DNA of 63,584 nt, filler included, from Candidatus Babelota bacterium (GTDB lineage Bacteria; JAGOBX01): the NCBI GenBank assembly GCA_017999075.1. It is 11 parts of 11 records of this genome, joined end to end, with 100 filler letters (N's around TTAATTAATTAA, not from the genome) between each part and the next. Parts side by side here need not be neighbours in the genome. Positions count along the whole stretch, not along the records: positions 17,588 to 23,328 come from JAGOBX010000261.1; positions 23,429 to 29,152 come from JAGOBX010000262.1; positions 29,253 to 34,942 come from JAGOBX010000264.1; 8 more parts are not named here. The stretch is one strand, 5' to 3'. Position numbers and translations under genes: made by a program. Shown one piece after another: positions 20,877 to 31,097 of the stretch. The notes below the pieces were generated by a model, which made no database searches, was not told the DNA's origin, and saw only the letters and a program-made list of their open reading frames with translations. Each line of letters opens with the position of its first letter. Position 1 is the first letter of the stretch.

Positions 20877-21864
20877 TTCTAAGATTTATGAAGTTTCGGC
20901 TTCTCCTCACAGCATAAAACCAGAAACAATCAAATCAGTAATGTTTGATGTTCTTATTGCTTTAATTCCGGCAGTCATTGCAGCATTTGTTTTTTTTCGC
21001 TGGTCAGCAGTATATGTTATGGGTTTAACTATATTATTCTGTGTAGGTTTTGAATATATTTTTTCAAAATTATTATTAAAAAAAAATACTGTTTCTGATT
21101 TATCGTGTGTGGTAACAGGTCTTTTGCTTGCTATGAATTTACCAAGTAATGTTCCGTGGTGGATAATGCTGGTAGGTTCTTTTTTTTCAATAGTAATCGG
21201 TAAACTGGTTTTTGGAGGGATAGGGCAGAATCCGTTTAATCCGGCTTTAGTAGGAAGAGTTGTTTTGCTTGTATCCTGGCCTGCAATATTGACAACCTGG
21301 CCAAAACCGCAGTTAATAAAATCAGTTTCAGATATTTTTAGAAATATTGATTCAATAACTTCTGCAACACCTCTCGGAATACTAAAAGAAAAAGGAGTTT
21401 CTTATTTATCTTCCTCAACGCCGCATTTTTTATATTCGGATTTATATTTCGGATATTGCGGAGGTTCGCTCGGCGAGATATCAGCATTTGCATTAATTAT
21501 CGGAGGTATATATTTACTGTACAAAGGACATATCACATTACACATTCCATTAAGTTTTATTATATCAGTTTTAATAATATCCGGGATTTTCTGGTTTACA
21601 GACAATTCGAAATTTGCTGATCCTTTATTTCATATATTATCCGGAGGAGTTATGCTCGGAGCAATTTTTATGGCTACAGATATGGTGACTACTCCTTTGA
21701 CAGTTTCAGGTATGATTATTTTCGGAACAGGCTGCGGGATAATAACTATGATGATACGTATATTCGGAGCGTATCCGGAAGGAGTATCATTTTCAATTTT
21801 AATTATGAATGCGCTGACTCCGTTGATAGACCGTTATACAAAACCAAGACGTTACGGAATATAG
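20860..21864 (+). CDS. rnfD: Rnf subunit D
   Basis: SASPH, GGIGQNPFNPALVGR, FMN site TSATP, FMATD, YPEGV; start overlaps the rnfC end. Confidence 0.95.
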   Translation: MLETNNSKIYEVSASPHSIKPETIKSVMFDVLIALIPAVIAAFVFFRWSAVYVMGLTILFCVGFEYIFSKLLLKKNTVSDLSCVVTGLLLAMNLPSNVPWWIMLVGSFFSIVIGKLVFGGIGQNPFNPALVGRVVLLVSWPAILTTWPKPQLIKSVSDIFRNIDSITSATPLGILKEKGVSYLSSSTPHFLYSDLYFGYCGGSLGEISAFALIIGGIYLLYKGHITLHIPLSFIISVLIISGIFWFTDNSKFADPLFHILSGGVMLGAIFMATDMVTTPLTVSGMIIFGTGCGIITMMIRIFGAYPEGVSFSILIMNALTPLIDRYTKPRRYGI

Positions 21865-21919
21865 AAATTTTATATTCCATAAATATTTATTATTTAGTAG
21901 AAACAAGGTATTTTAATTT

Positions 21920-22516
21920 ATGAAATCAATTATTGTTTTAACAGTGATTTGTTTGATATCGGGTTTTTCTCTTGCTTATGTTAACCATACAACAGCAGAG
22001 AAACGTCTGGAAAATTCAAAACTTATTTTGGAAAATGCTAAAAAAGAAGTTTTATCAGCTGAAATAGTTTCTAATATGGCAGACATAACTGAATTAACAA
22101 TAGAAGATGGGGTAAAGTTTTATAAAGTAACTGATAAATCCGGAAAAAATATAGCTTTAATAGCAGAATTTTCAGGGAAGGGATATGCTGGAGATATTAA
22201 ACTTCTTGCAGGAATAAGTTCTGACAATACAATATTAGGACTTAAACCTTTGGCACACAATGAAACTCCTGGTCTTGGTGCCAAAATCAGCGAAGTAAAT
22301 GAGAATATAGCTAAAAAGCTTTCAGTGTCAAATAAGAATATTGACATTAAAAAACCATGGTTTTGCGAACAGTTTAAAGGAATTTCCGCTGATTTGATTA
22401 AATTAAAGAAAGATGGAGGAAACATTGACGCTATTACAGCTTCCACAATTTCGTCGAGGGCTGTGACAGATGCTGTAAATAAAACCCTCCAGATTAGTAA
22501 AAAAATAAATAGATAA
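21920..22516 (+). CDS. rnfG: Rnf subunit G
   Basis: N-terminal TM helix, GYAGDI, HNETPGLGAK, DAITASTISSRAV FMN-binding motif. Confidence 0.92.
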   Translation: MKSIIVLTVICLISGFSLAYVNHTTAEKRLENSKLILENAKKEVLSAEIVSNMADITELTIEDGVKFYKVTDKSGKNIALIAEFSGKGYAGDIKLLAGISSDNTILGLKPLAHNETPGLGAKISEVNENIAKKLSVSNKNIDIKKPWFCEQFKGISADLIKLKKDGGNIDAITASTISSRAVTDAVNKTLQISKKINR

Positions 22517-22556
22517 AAAATCATCTGCTGCCGCCTTATTTGAAATTAAAAATAAT

Positions 22557-23328
22557 ATGAATGGGAAAATATATATCTGTGTATTTTTTCTTAAAAGTCA
22601 GGGTTTAATTGAAGCGATTAAAAAAGAAGCTTTATTTCTTTTTTCCCATCTTCAAAAGAGTGAATTCAAAAACAAGGTAGAATTGATATCAATAGAACCC
22701 GATAATTTCAAAAGCGGCACAAGTGAAAATATAAATTGTATTGCTATAAGTAAATTTGATTCTTTTATTGTTGAAACTGAACCGGTATTGATTCATTTAT
22801 TTATTCCATTTCTGAAAACCGCTTTTTATTTTCCGAATTTATTTAATTTTCAAGTTTTAATAACTGCTTCAGGAGGTAATCCGCTTTTTGGAATTAATAA
22901 TGAAGAGTTGGAAATTCTTGAACAAGCTGTTGATTCAGGAAATTTGTATATTATAACACAATCGAAATATTCTTCAGAAAAATTTTTCAGTGATATTTTC
23001 CGCGAAGTTTTTCTGATTTATCCTCCTGATTTAATTGAGCTCCCGCAAAAAAACTCAAACAAATATTTAAACAAGAAGATAAAGATAGGATTTGCAAGTT
23101 CTCCGTTTATCAAAGAAGATTATATTAAACGAGGCATACATATAATAAAAAAAATAGCTGCAAAACATTGCGGATCAATGGAATTTGTCATATTATGGAG
23201 AAACCCCACATTAAAATTTTATTCTGATTCTGAAATTGAGGCTGAAAATATTGAAATCAAGTGCGGAGTTCAGGATATTAAACTTTTTTATGAATCAATA
23301 GATATTTTATTTGTTCCTTATACAGATA
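22557..23328 (+). CDS. Putative GT-B (GT4-like) glycosyltransferase, 3'-truncated
   Basis: IYPP, KIGFASSP..KRG and DI..FY..IDILFVP resemble a GT4 C-terminal domain. Confidence 0.5.
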
Positions 23329-23428
23329 NNNNNNNNNNNNNNNNNNNNNNNNNNNNNNNNNNNNNNNNNNNNTTAATTAATTAANNNNNNNNNNNNNNNN
23401 NNNNNNNNNNNNNNNNNNNNNNNNNNNN
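23329..23428. other. Artificial contig spacer
   Basis: N44-TTAATTAATTAA-N44. Confidence 0.99.
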
Positions 23429-25804
23429 ATCTAAATATGCGTTAATTATATTTAAACCAATTGTGTCATATAAAACCGCATTATATTCTGAATTTATTAA
23501 TGTGTCAGCCTGATTTCCATAAACATCGCGCATATGGTTTGAAAGAGATATTCTGTCTCCATCATTAATAAGTTTGTTGTAACCGATGCCGATTGAAAGA
23601 GTTGAACTGTCGAGCCATAAAATTAAAGATGTGTCACCGAAATTTTTTGATACTCCTGAATTTATTTTTATGGTATCCTGTAAATTTAGTTTAATTCCAT
23701 TTGTTAAATAACTTGAATCCATAGGTTCGCTGAATTTTAAAACTATAGTGTCTCCGGAAGTAATAAAAGTAGAATATCTCTGAGAATAATCATTGTTTAT
23801 AAATTCGACTTTTTTTAAAATTGGACCCGCATTATCAGGAATCTGAGAAGTAATTGAAGTATCTGCAAAATTCCCGAATATATCTGATATTGTTTCAAAT
23901 AAATGAAATGTATCTCCGGTATTTAAAATATAATCAGCAGGTAAAGTTAAAATTAAACTGTCATAAATATTATTCCAATTAAATGCTGATATAGTTCCTA
24001 ATATCTTCCCGTTATCATTTACAATAGCGGTATCTATTAAAGAAATAGAAGAAGTATCCAAAATGTTATTAAATGTTATTATAAAAGAATCTCCTGCACT
24101 GACTGAAGTATTTGAATCCGATATATCATTGTTTATGTGAGTGATTGAAATTATTTTAGGTAAAACGGAATTTACTTGTAAAGTCTTGCAGTTATTTTCA
24201 TATAACTGTGTTGCAGAAAACAATTGGCTGTCACTGTAAACTGTTATATTTCCAAAATAATCCTTTAAATATACTGCAGGGTAAACAATCCCGTCGTTTA
24301 AAAAAATTGAGGGGGTTGTGATTCTATTTGTTTCAGAAATTTCAATAAAATATACAGTGTCTGAACCAGTCATATAATTTGTAGAATCATTATTATTTTG
24401 CCGGGAATAAAATTTTAAATATACCGTATCTACCGGATTACTGTCTGATAAAATCAGTTCTATGCTATACATTGAATCTGCATTTGAATTTTTTGAAAAA
24501 GTCAGATCTGCAGAACTGTCTTTAGAATTTAAAATATTAAATGAAGAAACAAGCGGACCGGATGAATCCACTATTACTGTTTTTCCGGTAGATTCAGTTA
24601 TAAAAGTCGTAGATAAAACAGCATTACCAGCTTTATCAGTTCCTGTTACCCAAAATGTTATTATATCTTTATTTGAATAAGAATTTAAAGGAATAATCCC
24701 AGTGAATTCCCCTGAATATCGTGTTCCATTATAATTCATAACAGATGTTTGTTCCGTCCCGCCTTGTTTTTTATGATGCAGAATAAAATTCCCGGTTTCT
24801 ATGAACATATCATCTGAAACAGTTATTACAACTGAAGTATCAAATCCTTTTATAAAACCAAAGTATGAATCTGGAGATGTAACCTGAGTTAATACCGGAG
24901 CAATAGCGTCTATATACAAAAAATTTGCATTGCCGGAATCAGTTAATGAATTCGATAACAAGGATGAAGTAAAAATATTCCCATCCAATGAATAATCAAT
25001 AATTTCATCATTCAATCCTGAAGAATTATCTGTTCCGCTTATCCAGTATACGACTACAGTGTCGGAACCGCATAATGTTACCGGAAGTATTGCGGAAACA
25101 TAATAAAATCCCTGGGTTTCAGCCGAGGATACAGTCATTGGAACAGAATTGGCATTATTTAACTGAATATAAGAAGCAGTATCTGATTTGAATCCGTAAT
25201 TTAAATATAAATTGCCTGATGCAAGAGAATTATTTTCATAAACCAATAAATTAATTTGTATGTTGTTTTTTGAAACATAATCTTGATTTCCATGAGTAGA
25301 GCCGTATAGAGATTGTATAGATGGGCCTTGAGTGTCACATTTTATTGAAACAGTATTTGAAGCATCACTGTAAAATCCATCAAATCTGTCAAGAGCAATT
25401 ATAGAATAATAATAGTATTTATTATTTTCAAGATTTGAACTTGTATCAGACCAAAATGTAAATGTGGATGGATACCCTGAATTTATAACTTGTGTAACAG
25501 TATCAATTAAATCCCCCTGACTCATTACAGTCTGGGTATCAGCGTTTGAGAAATCCGAATCGGATTTTCTGTAAATCAAATAAATAATATAGCTTTGATT
25601 AGTGCCTGAAGGAGTATCATTTGAACTACGCATATTCAACCATTTAATATCTATTTCCCCGTTTTTATCATTCGCAATATTTATTATAGTAGGATTTGAA
25701 CTTCCCTGCGGCGCGTAATATATTTTAGCAGATAATGTATTAGTAGTGAATAGTATAGAAAAAAACAAGCACACACAATAAAAATAAAATATTTTTTTAT
25801 TCAT
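23429..25804 (-). CDS. Large secreted protein with FN3/Ig-like domains, 3'-truncated
   Basis: Signal peptide; YYYYSIIALD (FN3-like); DxxGP domain starts; DKAGN/DYFGN/DIFGN/DVYGN domain ends; GDTIVLKFSEPM. Confidence 0.7.
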
Positions 25805-25983
25805 AAATATAAATAATAAAAAATTTTCATTATAAAGTCAATTAAATTTTTTTCCGTAACTCAGGAAGAAGTCCTGAAACTCACTCTGATACAAAAAAAC
25901 AAAAAATGATTTTGACAACAAAAAATCTGTCTGGAAAAATATAAAAATATTAAAATCGATTTATCCGTATTTTTTTATTTGTG

Positions 25984-26652
25984 TCAATATTTTTTCAAGC
26001 CTAATTCTTCAAGAGCTGATTCAACAAAATCTTGGGGAAGATTGGGTTTTTGAAGAGCTGATTTATAAATACGTTTTGCATGTTCAACAAAATTTTTTTT
26101 CTTATAAAAATAAACAAATAATTTATAATATTCAAGCGGACTATCGGGTTTGAGCAATTCTTTTTCAATATTTAAAATTTCAGGCAATGTTATATCCTTG
26201 TTATTAAGCAGATAAATAAAAGCAATCTGTTTAGTATAAACCGAATTTGCATCAATTTTATCAGATAATTTTAAAATTTCTTTTATAACAAATTCAGATT
26301 TATTGCTTGAAAATGTGTATATCATAGTTCCATATAATTGAGCATCTCTGAAAAACGGATCAGTATAAACTGTTTTGAGCAAATATTTTATAGACATTTT
26401 TTCTCTATGTTCATCCTCCTGTTCAATACATTGGACAAAATTAATCCAATTAATATCCGCTTTAAACCTCTGACGGTTAGATAATATATATATCATGTCA
26501 ATTGCGTCTAAATGATTATTTTTAATCCCGGCGGATATGAATTGATAACCCGATTTTCCCATTTTCCTAAAATTGATTGAAAGAAAATTCCCAAATAATC
26601 CGCCGCATAATATAAAAATTATTATTATCAAATAATATTTTTTCATATTCAT
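25984..26652 (-). CDS. Membrane-anchored helical protein, PilG/XapA-like ABC accessory
   Basis: N-terminal TM; ADINWINFVQ and TDPFF..A.LYG motifs; overlaps the permease stop. Confidence 0.5.
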   Translation of the reverse strand: MNMKKYYLIIIIFILCGGLFGNFLSINFRKMGKSGYQFISAGIKNNHLDAIDMIYILSNRQRFKADINWINFVQCIEQEDEHREKMSIKYLLKTVYTDPFFRDAQLYGTMIYTFSSNKSEFVIKEILKLSDKIDANSVYTKQIAFIYLLNNKDITLPEILNIEKELLKPDSPLEYYKLFVYFYKKKNFVEHAKRIYKSALQKPNLPQDFVESALEELGLKKY

Positions 26653-27425
26653 ATGCTGCGCTTATTAAAAGAAATTAATGAAATAATAAGAAATGCTGCT
26701 GCATAAAAAAAAGTATATAAACTAAGTGAAAACACGTATCTTGATAGAGAACTGAATTTATGCATATCAAACATAAAAAAAATATCATAATAAATAAAAT
26801 TCGGCATTACAAAAAACAACACTTTATAAATTGACTGTAAAATGACATTCGGTTGATTAAATGTAAGCCAGTATTTAAGACTTTCTAAAAATTCAAAGGT
26901 AATTATTGAAACAAATGAAAGCATAATTGCCGGAAAAAAAGAAGTTGAATAAGTTGAAAATATCAAAGAAATCGAACAAATTAAAAGTATTTTCAGAGAA
27001 CTTACAACAAAAAAATTCAATTTCATTATATTTGACAGTTCAAGATGAAAAATTAAAGATATAACTACAAATAAAAAAGTTATTATCAAATGCATGAATA
27101 AAACACATATTGATACTCCTAAATATCTTCCTATAACATACTGATTTTTTGAAATCGGTCTGCTTAAAATATAATAAACTTCCTTTGACTGAATATCTTT
27201 AATAATTGTAGTGGAACTTATAAAAACAGCTGTGATAACAGATATTAATTCAATAAAAAACATAGAACTGTCTATAAAAACACGTTCCTGAAACAATCCT
27301 GTAACATTAGCGCATATGAAAGCAAATCCTATCAATATCAGCGCAGCAGAAAAAAAACCAATATAAATATAATTCCGCATCAAACAAATTACAGTATGCC
27401 AAATTATGGTTTTTACATTATTCAT
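26649..27425 (-). CDS. ABC-2 type permease (PilI-like)
   Basis: About six TM helices; KDIQSKEVYYILSRPISKNQYVIGRYLG, MPNF and FNKR motifs. Confidence 0.8.
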   Translation of the reverse strand: MNNVKTIIWHTVICLMRNYIYIGFFSAALILIGFAFICANVTGLFQERVFIDSSMFFIELISVITAVFISSTTIIKDIQSKEVYYILSRPISKNQYVIGRYLGVSICVLFMHLIITFLFVVISLIFHLELSNIMKLNFFVVSSLKILLICSISLIFSTYSTSFFPAIMLSFVSIITFEFLESLKYWLTFNQPNVILQSIYKVLFFVMPNFIYYDIFFMFDMHKFSSLSRYVFSLSLYTFFYAAAFLIISLISFNKRSI

Positions 27426-28131
27426 TATTAATTACCTGATAAAATTTATTTTCAATATCAGCAATATCAGCTTTATTTTCAATGTCAGCTACAACCGAAC
27501 CTTTATTTATAATTAGTATATTATCCGCAACCTTTCTTACAAACTCAAAACTATGAGTTGAAACAAGCAATGTAATATTCTGTTTAACTGATTTTATAAT
27601 ATCAATAATTAATTTTTGACCAAATGGATCAAGTCCAGTCATAGGCTCATCCAGTATTAACAATTTAGGATCATTAAACAAAGACAGCGCTATACCGGCT
27701 CGTTGAGATTGCCCTTTTGAAAAACGGCTTACCCTAGTATCAATTAAATGTTCAAGTTTAGTAAGCTCCGATAATTTTTTCATTTTAATTAACGTATCGT
27801 TTTTAGAAATTTTATATATTTTCCCAAGAAATCTGAAATGTTCGGCTAATGTAAGCTCAGAAGTCAAATTAACTTTTTCAGGCAAATATGAAAGAGTAAT
27901 TCTACTTTCAGAGTCAGAACTTTTTTTATCAAAAATAGATATTTCTCCTGAATCCGGAGTGATAAAATTCAGTATACATTTTATAGTGGTAGTTTTTCCT
28001 GCGCCATTTACTCCCATTAACGCAGCAACACAACCTTCTTTTATTTTAAAAGAAACATTGTTTAAAGCTGATATTTTTTTTATTCCATCTAAATATGAGT
28101 ATTTAATATTATTAACTTCTATTGCATTCAT
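27418..28131 (-). CDS. ABC transporter ATP-binding protein (PilH-like)
   Basis: GVNGAGKTT, YLPE, FSKGQSQR, LILDEPMTGLDP, STH. Confidence 0.9.
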   Translation of the reverse strand: MNAIEVNNIKYSYLDGIKKISALNNVSFKIKEGCVAALMGVNGAGKTTTIKCILNFITPDSGEISIFDKKSSDSESRITLSYLPEKVNLTSELTLAEHFRFLGKIYKISKNDTLIKMKKLSELTKLEHLIDTRVSRFSKGQSQRAGIALSLFNDPKLLILDEPMTGLDPFGQKLIIDIIKSVKQNITLLVSTHSFEFVRKVADNILIINKGSVVADIENKADIADIENKFYQVINNE

Positions 28132-28194
28132 ATTACCAAAAATAAACTAATGTTATAAAAAATATATTCAAAAAAATCTGAAACAAAACTATAT

Positions 28195-28971
28195 TCAGTT
28201 AACTAACCTTTTTTCTATTTTTTTCGATCTGTCCGTTAAAGCTGCAATTTGATAATTAAATATTTCGATTTTATGACGAATTAATTCCATTTCAAATTTT
28301 AAAGATTCGCAAACCGTATTTCTTATGTTACTGCATTTTGATAATGTAAAACCGACTTCCCTGGTGTTCATTTTATCAGGAGCAAGTTTTTCAGCTATTT
28401 TTTCAGCTATTTCAGGAGTAATATTTCCCCCTACAGACACGCTTATATTTTTCAAACGGCATTTATCAATAACATCTTTTGTGAGTTTCATCATCAAATC
28501 AGAATTAATATTTTGTCCGAGTGAATTTGACAAATCAGACCTTCCCACAGTAGCCTGATCAATAGAATCTATAGATTCTGATTTAAGTATATCATCAAGA
28601 TATTTGCACGCAGTTACAGTTTCTATATTTATATGTTTAGATAATTTTTCAAATTTTACAGAACCAGCCACTTCTTCCACTGTCAATATAAATTTATCCA
28701 AACTGTAAGCGCTTTCTATCATAGGCGCTATAATTCCGGCAACTCCTATTTGAACTGCATTATGAATATCGTTTCTGGCTTCAGGTCCGCCTATCTTCAT
28801 AGCTATCGGAAATATATCATTGAATAATCTGTAAACTTCTCGTATCTCTTCAAATGACATACCTGCATCTTCAGTAGATACTTTAAGAGAATCGCACCCG
28901 AAATCATCCCGCAAACGCAGAGCCATATCACGAAGTTTCTTTTCATTGTCAAGCCAAACTATCTTATTCAT
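28195..28971 (-). CDS. HpcH/HpaI aldolase / citrate lyase family protein
   Basis: KIGGPEARND, GIIAPMIES, INIET, VGRSDLS, SVGG. Confidence 0.8.
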   Translation of the reverse strand: MNKIVWLDNEKKLRDMALRLRDDFGCDSLKVSTEDAGMSFEEIREVYRLFNDIFPIAMKIGGPEARNDIHNAVQIGVAGIIAPMIESAYSLDKFILTVEEVAGSVKFEKLSKHINIETVTACKYLDDILKSESIDSIDQATVGRSDLSNSLGQNINSDLMMKLTKDVIDKCRLKNISVSVGGNITPEIAEKIAEKLAPDKMNTREVGFTLSKCSNIRNTVCESLKFEMELIRHKIEIFNYQIAALTDRSKKIEKRLVN

Positions 28972-29152
28972 AATAATTCATCTCCAGAAATTATGTATCG
29001 AAATTCAAACTTATTTTATCAGCTTTTGAAATACATTATTCTAAAATTATCTTATTTATTTATTACAAAAAATGCAATAAAGTTTTAAAAAAAATTATTT
29101 TCTTATTGATAATATTTATTTATTTCTAAATATTAAAGCATCGGTATTGAAC

Positions 29153-29252
29153 NNNNNNNNNNNNNNNNNNNNNNNNNNNNNNNNNNNNNNNNNNNNTTAA
29201 TTAATTAANNNNNNNNNNNNNNNNNNNNNNNNNNNNNNNNNNNNNNNNNNNN
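29153..29252. other. Artificial contig spacer
   Basis: N44-TTAATTAATTAA-N44. Confidence 0.99.
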
Positions 29253-29254
29253 TT

Positions 29255-29860
29255 GACATACAAAACAAAATCATTATATCTGCAGATCAGAAAATCAAAT
29301 ATGAAAATCTTATAACAACCATCCCATTAATAGAATTTTTAAAATTAATAAACAATAGGAATCATTTCAATAATATGATTTCAAAACTTGATTATATCTC
29401 GGTTTTCAATATAAATTACGGAATTGAAACTTCCGTTAATAATCAAGCTCACTGGATTTATTTTCCAGAAAAAAAATATGATTTTTACAGAGCAGGTTTT
29501 TATCATAATTTCAGTGAATTTTCAGTGCCTTCTAAAAATCACCATTCAAGCTATCTCGAAATAAGCTACAAAGGTTCATCAAAAAAAAAGCAAAACAAGG
29601 ATTTCCTGAAAGAAATAAAAAAACAGTTTTTTGAAATCGGAATTTATTCTGAAAACAATTCAAAAATATGTCAACAATTTTTACTTGACATAAAATACGC
29701 ATACGTAATTTTCGACAGATACAGGAAAGAAGCTATAGAATATTTAACTCCTATATACAAAAAAAATTCTATTATTCCAGTTGGAAGATACGCCGAATGG
29801 GATTATTCATCAATGCAGGATTCAATAAAATCGGCTCATAATGCAGTTTCCAAACTATGA
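29255..29860 (+). CDS. FAD-dependent oxidoreductase (HemY/UDP-galactopyranose-mutase-like), C-terminal part, 5'-truncated
   Basis: Frame open from the contig start (YENLITTIPL); HWIYFPE..FYR, YAYV, GRYAEWDY..M.D. Confidence 0.72.
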   Translation, partial: DIQNKIIISADQKIKYENLITTIPLIEFLKLINNRNHFNNMISKLDYISVFNINYGIETSVNNQAHWIYFPEKKYDFYRAGFYHNFSEFSVPSKNHHSSYLEISYKGSSKKKQNKDFLKEIKKQFFEIGIYSENNSKICQQFLLDIKYAYVIFDRYRKEAIEYLTPIYKKNSIIPVGRYAEWDYSSMQDSIKSAHNAVSKL

Positions 29861-30990
29861 AAAAAATCCTTCATATCATAACTAAACTTGAATTTGGCGG
29901 AGCGCAAATTAATACAGTGTATTCAGTAAATCATTTTGCTTCTGCAGGAAACGATGTTACACTAATAACAGGTTCAGGAGGAATACTCGATAAAAAATTA
30001 ATAGATGAACGGGTAAAACTTATTGAAATCCCTGAACTTATCAGAAATATCAATCCGTTTTATGATTTTATTTCAATGTTAAAATTGTATTTTATAATAA
30101 AAAAACACAACTTTGATATTGTGCACACTCATAGTTCAAAAGCCGGGATTTTAGGAAGAATTGCTGCTAAACTTGCAGGAACAAAAAAAATTCTCCATAC
30201 TGTTCACGGATGGGGTTTTTCAGATAAACAAAATTACTTGGCATTCAGGATGTTTGTGATTCTTGAACAGATAACTGCATTTTTCACAGACAAAATAATT
30301 GCAGTTGCAAATGATAACATAGCTAAAGGATTAAAAAATAAAATAGGGAAAAAAAATCAATATACTGTCATAAGAAGCGGAATCGACTTTGAAAAATTCG
30401 AAAAAGCCTATGCTGACTCCACCGAAAAAAAAAATAAAACAAAAAAAAATTTAGGTGTAAATTGCGACGATTTAATCATCGTTATGATTGGATGTTTTAA
30501 ACCTCAAAAAAATCCTATTGAATTCATTAAAATAGCTTCAGTTATTAACAAAAAATACAATAACATAAAATTTATTTTAGTAGGAGACGGCGCACTTCGA
30601 AAAGATATTGAAAATGAAATACAATCAAACAATCTTTCTGATAAAGTCATTTTAGCAGGGTGGAGGACTGATGTTCAGGATATACTTGCTGCAAGCGACA
30701 TATTCTGTTTGACTTCACTTTGGGAAGGACTCCCCAGATCAATTCTTGAAGCGTATTCATGCAGACTGCCTGTAGTTGCAACTGAAGTTGACGGAACTCC
30801 TGAAGTTGTAATAAACAATAAAACCGGTTTCTTGTATAGTTGCGGAAAAATCGAAGATGCCGTAAAATATCTTGAACTCCTAATTTCCGATAAATCAAAA
30901 AGGTTAAAATTCGGAGAAAACGGATATGATATTGTTAATAGTGAATTTTCTGTTCAAAAAATGCTTGCTGATTTGGAGAAATTATACTAA
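29857..30990 (+). CDS. GT4 glycosyltransferase
   Basis: GGAQ, HTHSSKAG, HTVHG, KPQKN, SLWEGLPRSILEA (ExxxxxxxE). Confidence 0.92.
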   Translation: MKKILHIITKLEFGGAQINTVYSVNHFASAGNDVTLITGSGGILDKKLIDERVKLIEIPELIRNINPFYDFISMLKLYFIIKKHNFDIVHTHSSKAGILGRIAAKLAGTKKILHTVHGWGFSDKQNYLAFRMFVILEQITAFFTDKIIAVANDNIAKGLKNKIGKKNQYTVIRSGIDFEKFEKAYADSTEKKNKTKKNLGVNCDDLIIVMIGCFKPQKNPIEFIKIASVINKKYNNIKFILVGDGALRKDIENEIQSNNLSDKVILAGWRTDVQDILAASDIFCLTSLWEGLPRSILEAYSCRLPVVATEVDGTPEVVINNKTGFLYSCGKIEDAVKYLELLISDKSKRLKFGENGYDIVNSEFSVQKMLADLEKLY

Positions 30991-31097
30991 TACCATTTTA
31001 TATTCAATTAAACATCAAATGTGAAATAAAAAACAAATCGGCTTTCAAGTCAAAAACACAGTTTTCTTCATATTTCCATTATTGAAACATAAAATTT

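Noticed and set aside
25861-25877. Hairpin TCAGGA-AGAAG-TCCTGA in the intergenic region, considered as riboswitch or ribozyme
   Set aside because: Only a 6-bp stem, with no recognisable hammerhead or riboswitch core; an Rfam scan would be needed.
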